64,000 nucleotides of DNA, from assembly GCA_020634975.1 (NCBI GenBank), contig JACKAQ010000001.1, positions 1,774,857 through 1,838,856 of the forward strand, given 5' to 3'. Below the pieces are notes generated by a model. The model was not told where the DNA came from. It saw only the letters and a program-made list of their open reading frames with translations, and did no database searches. Each line of letters opens with the position of its first letter. Positions within the stretch are counted from its first letter, which is position 1. This document shows, in pieces, positions 63,938 to 64,000 of this stretch. A program made the position numbers and the translations under genes. This DNA comes from Calditrichia bacterium. GTDB lineage: Bacteria; Calditrichota; Calditrichia; RBG-13-44-9; J075.

Positions 63938-64000
63938 CGCTGGATCGCGTGGAAACAGAGTAATCCGTTTTGGAGCAATTTGCGGATTGAAAAGCATTCT

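Noticed and set aside
1-64000. Prophage, integron or transposon content
   Set aside because: No integrase, transposase, recombinase, capsid or terminase-like ORF, no attachment-site-like direct repeats and no tRNA gene were seen anywhere in the window.

Overview
This 64 kb window reads as bacterial chromosome, with no recognisable phage, transposase or CRISPR content. Its content suggests an FCB-group-like organism: a group-II PcrB/GGGPS, DUF2851, DUF3857/transglutaminase-like proteins, a GT9 heptosyltransferase and a YfhO protein. That taxonomic guess is inference only. Overall GC is roughly low-to-mid 50s percent, and Shine-Dalgarno sequences (GGAGG) sit before some genes.

I could support about 55 protein-coding genes:
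- Isoprenoid and ether-lipid genes: a polyprenyl diphosphate synthase (5' partial at the window edge), and a PcrB-family (hepta/geranylgeranyl)glyceryl-phosphate synthase directly downstream of a HAD-IIA phosphatase.
- Glycerol catabolism genes glpK and glpD, which flank a pair of DUF3857/transglutaminase-like paralogs.
- Molybdate uptake genes modA and modB plus a TOBE/Mop protein, with no modC present.
- A nucleoside/pyrimidine salvage cluster: nupC, tdk, plsC, upp.
- Housekeeping genes accD, surE and ansA.
- Several signalling modules: a cNMP-domain histidine kinase with a stand-alone receiver, a hybrid kinase with two receiver domains, a LytS/LytTR pair, and TetR, XRE, GlxA and AraC regulators.
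- A membrane-anchored SbcC-like ATPase (YhaN-like) translationally coupled to an SbcD-like metallophosphoesterase (YhaO-like).
- A GluR0-type ligand-gated K+ channel next to an orphan TAXI solute-binding protein.
- An 1116-aa Ser/Thr kinase carrying two tandem kinase domains, one transmembrane helix and TPR repeats, followed by a decayed duplicate of itself.

Non-coding features are six intrinsic-terminator hairpins, a pair of about 67 bp tandem repeats with internal hairpins, a tcctttatc triplet and a recurring TCCTTTATCC motif upstream of several genes.

At least nine genes are interrupted by frameshifts. Several of these fall exactly at homopolymer runs, so consensus indel errors cannot be separated from real pseudogenisation using sequence alone. 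The DASS transporter and the second kinase copy do look genuinely decayed.
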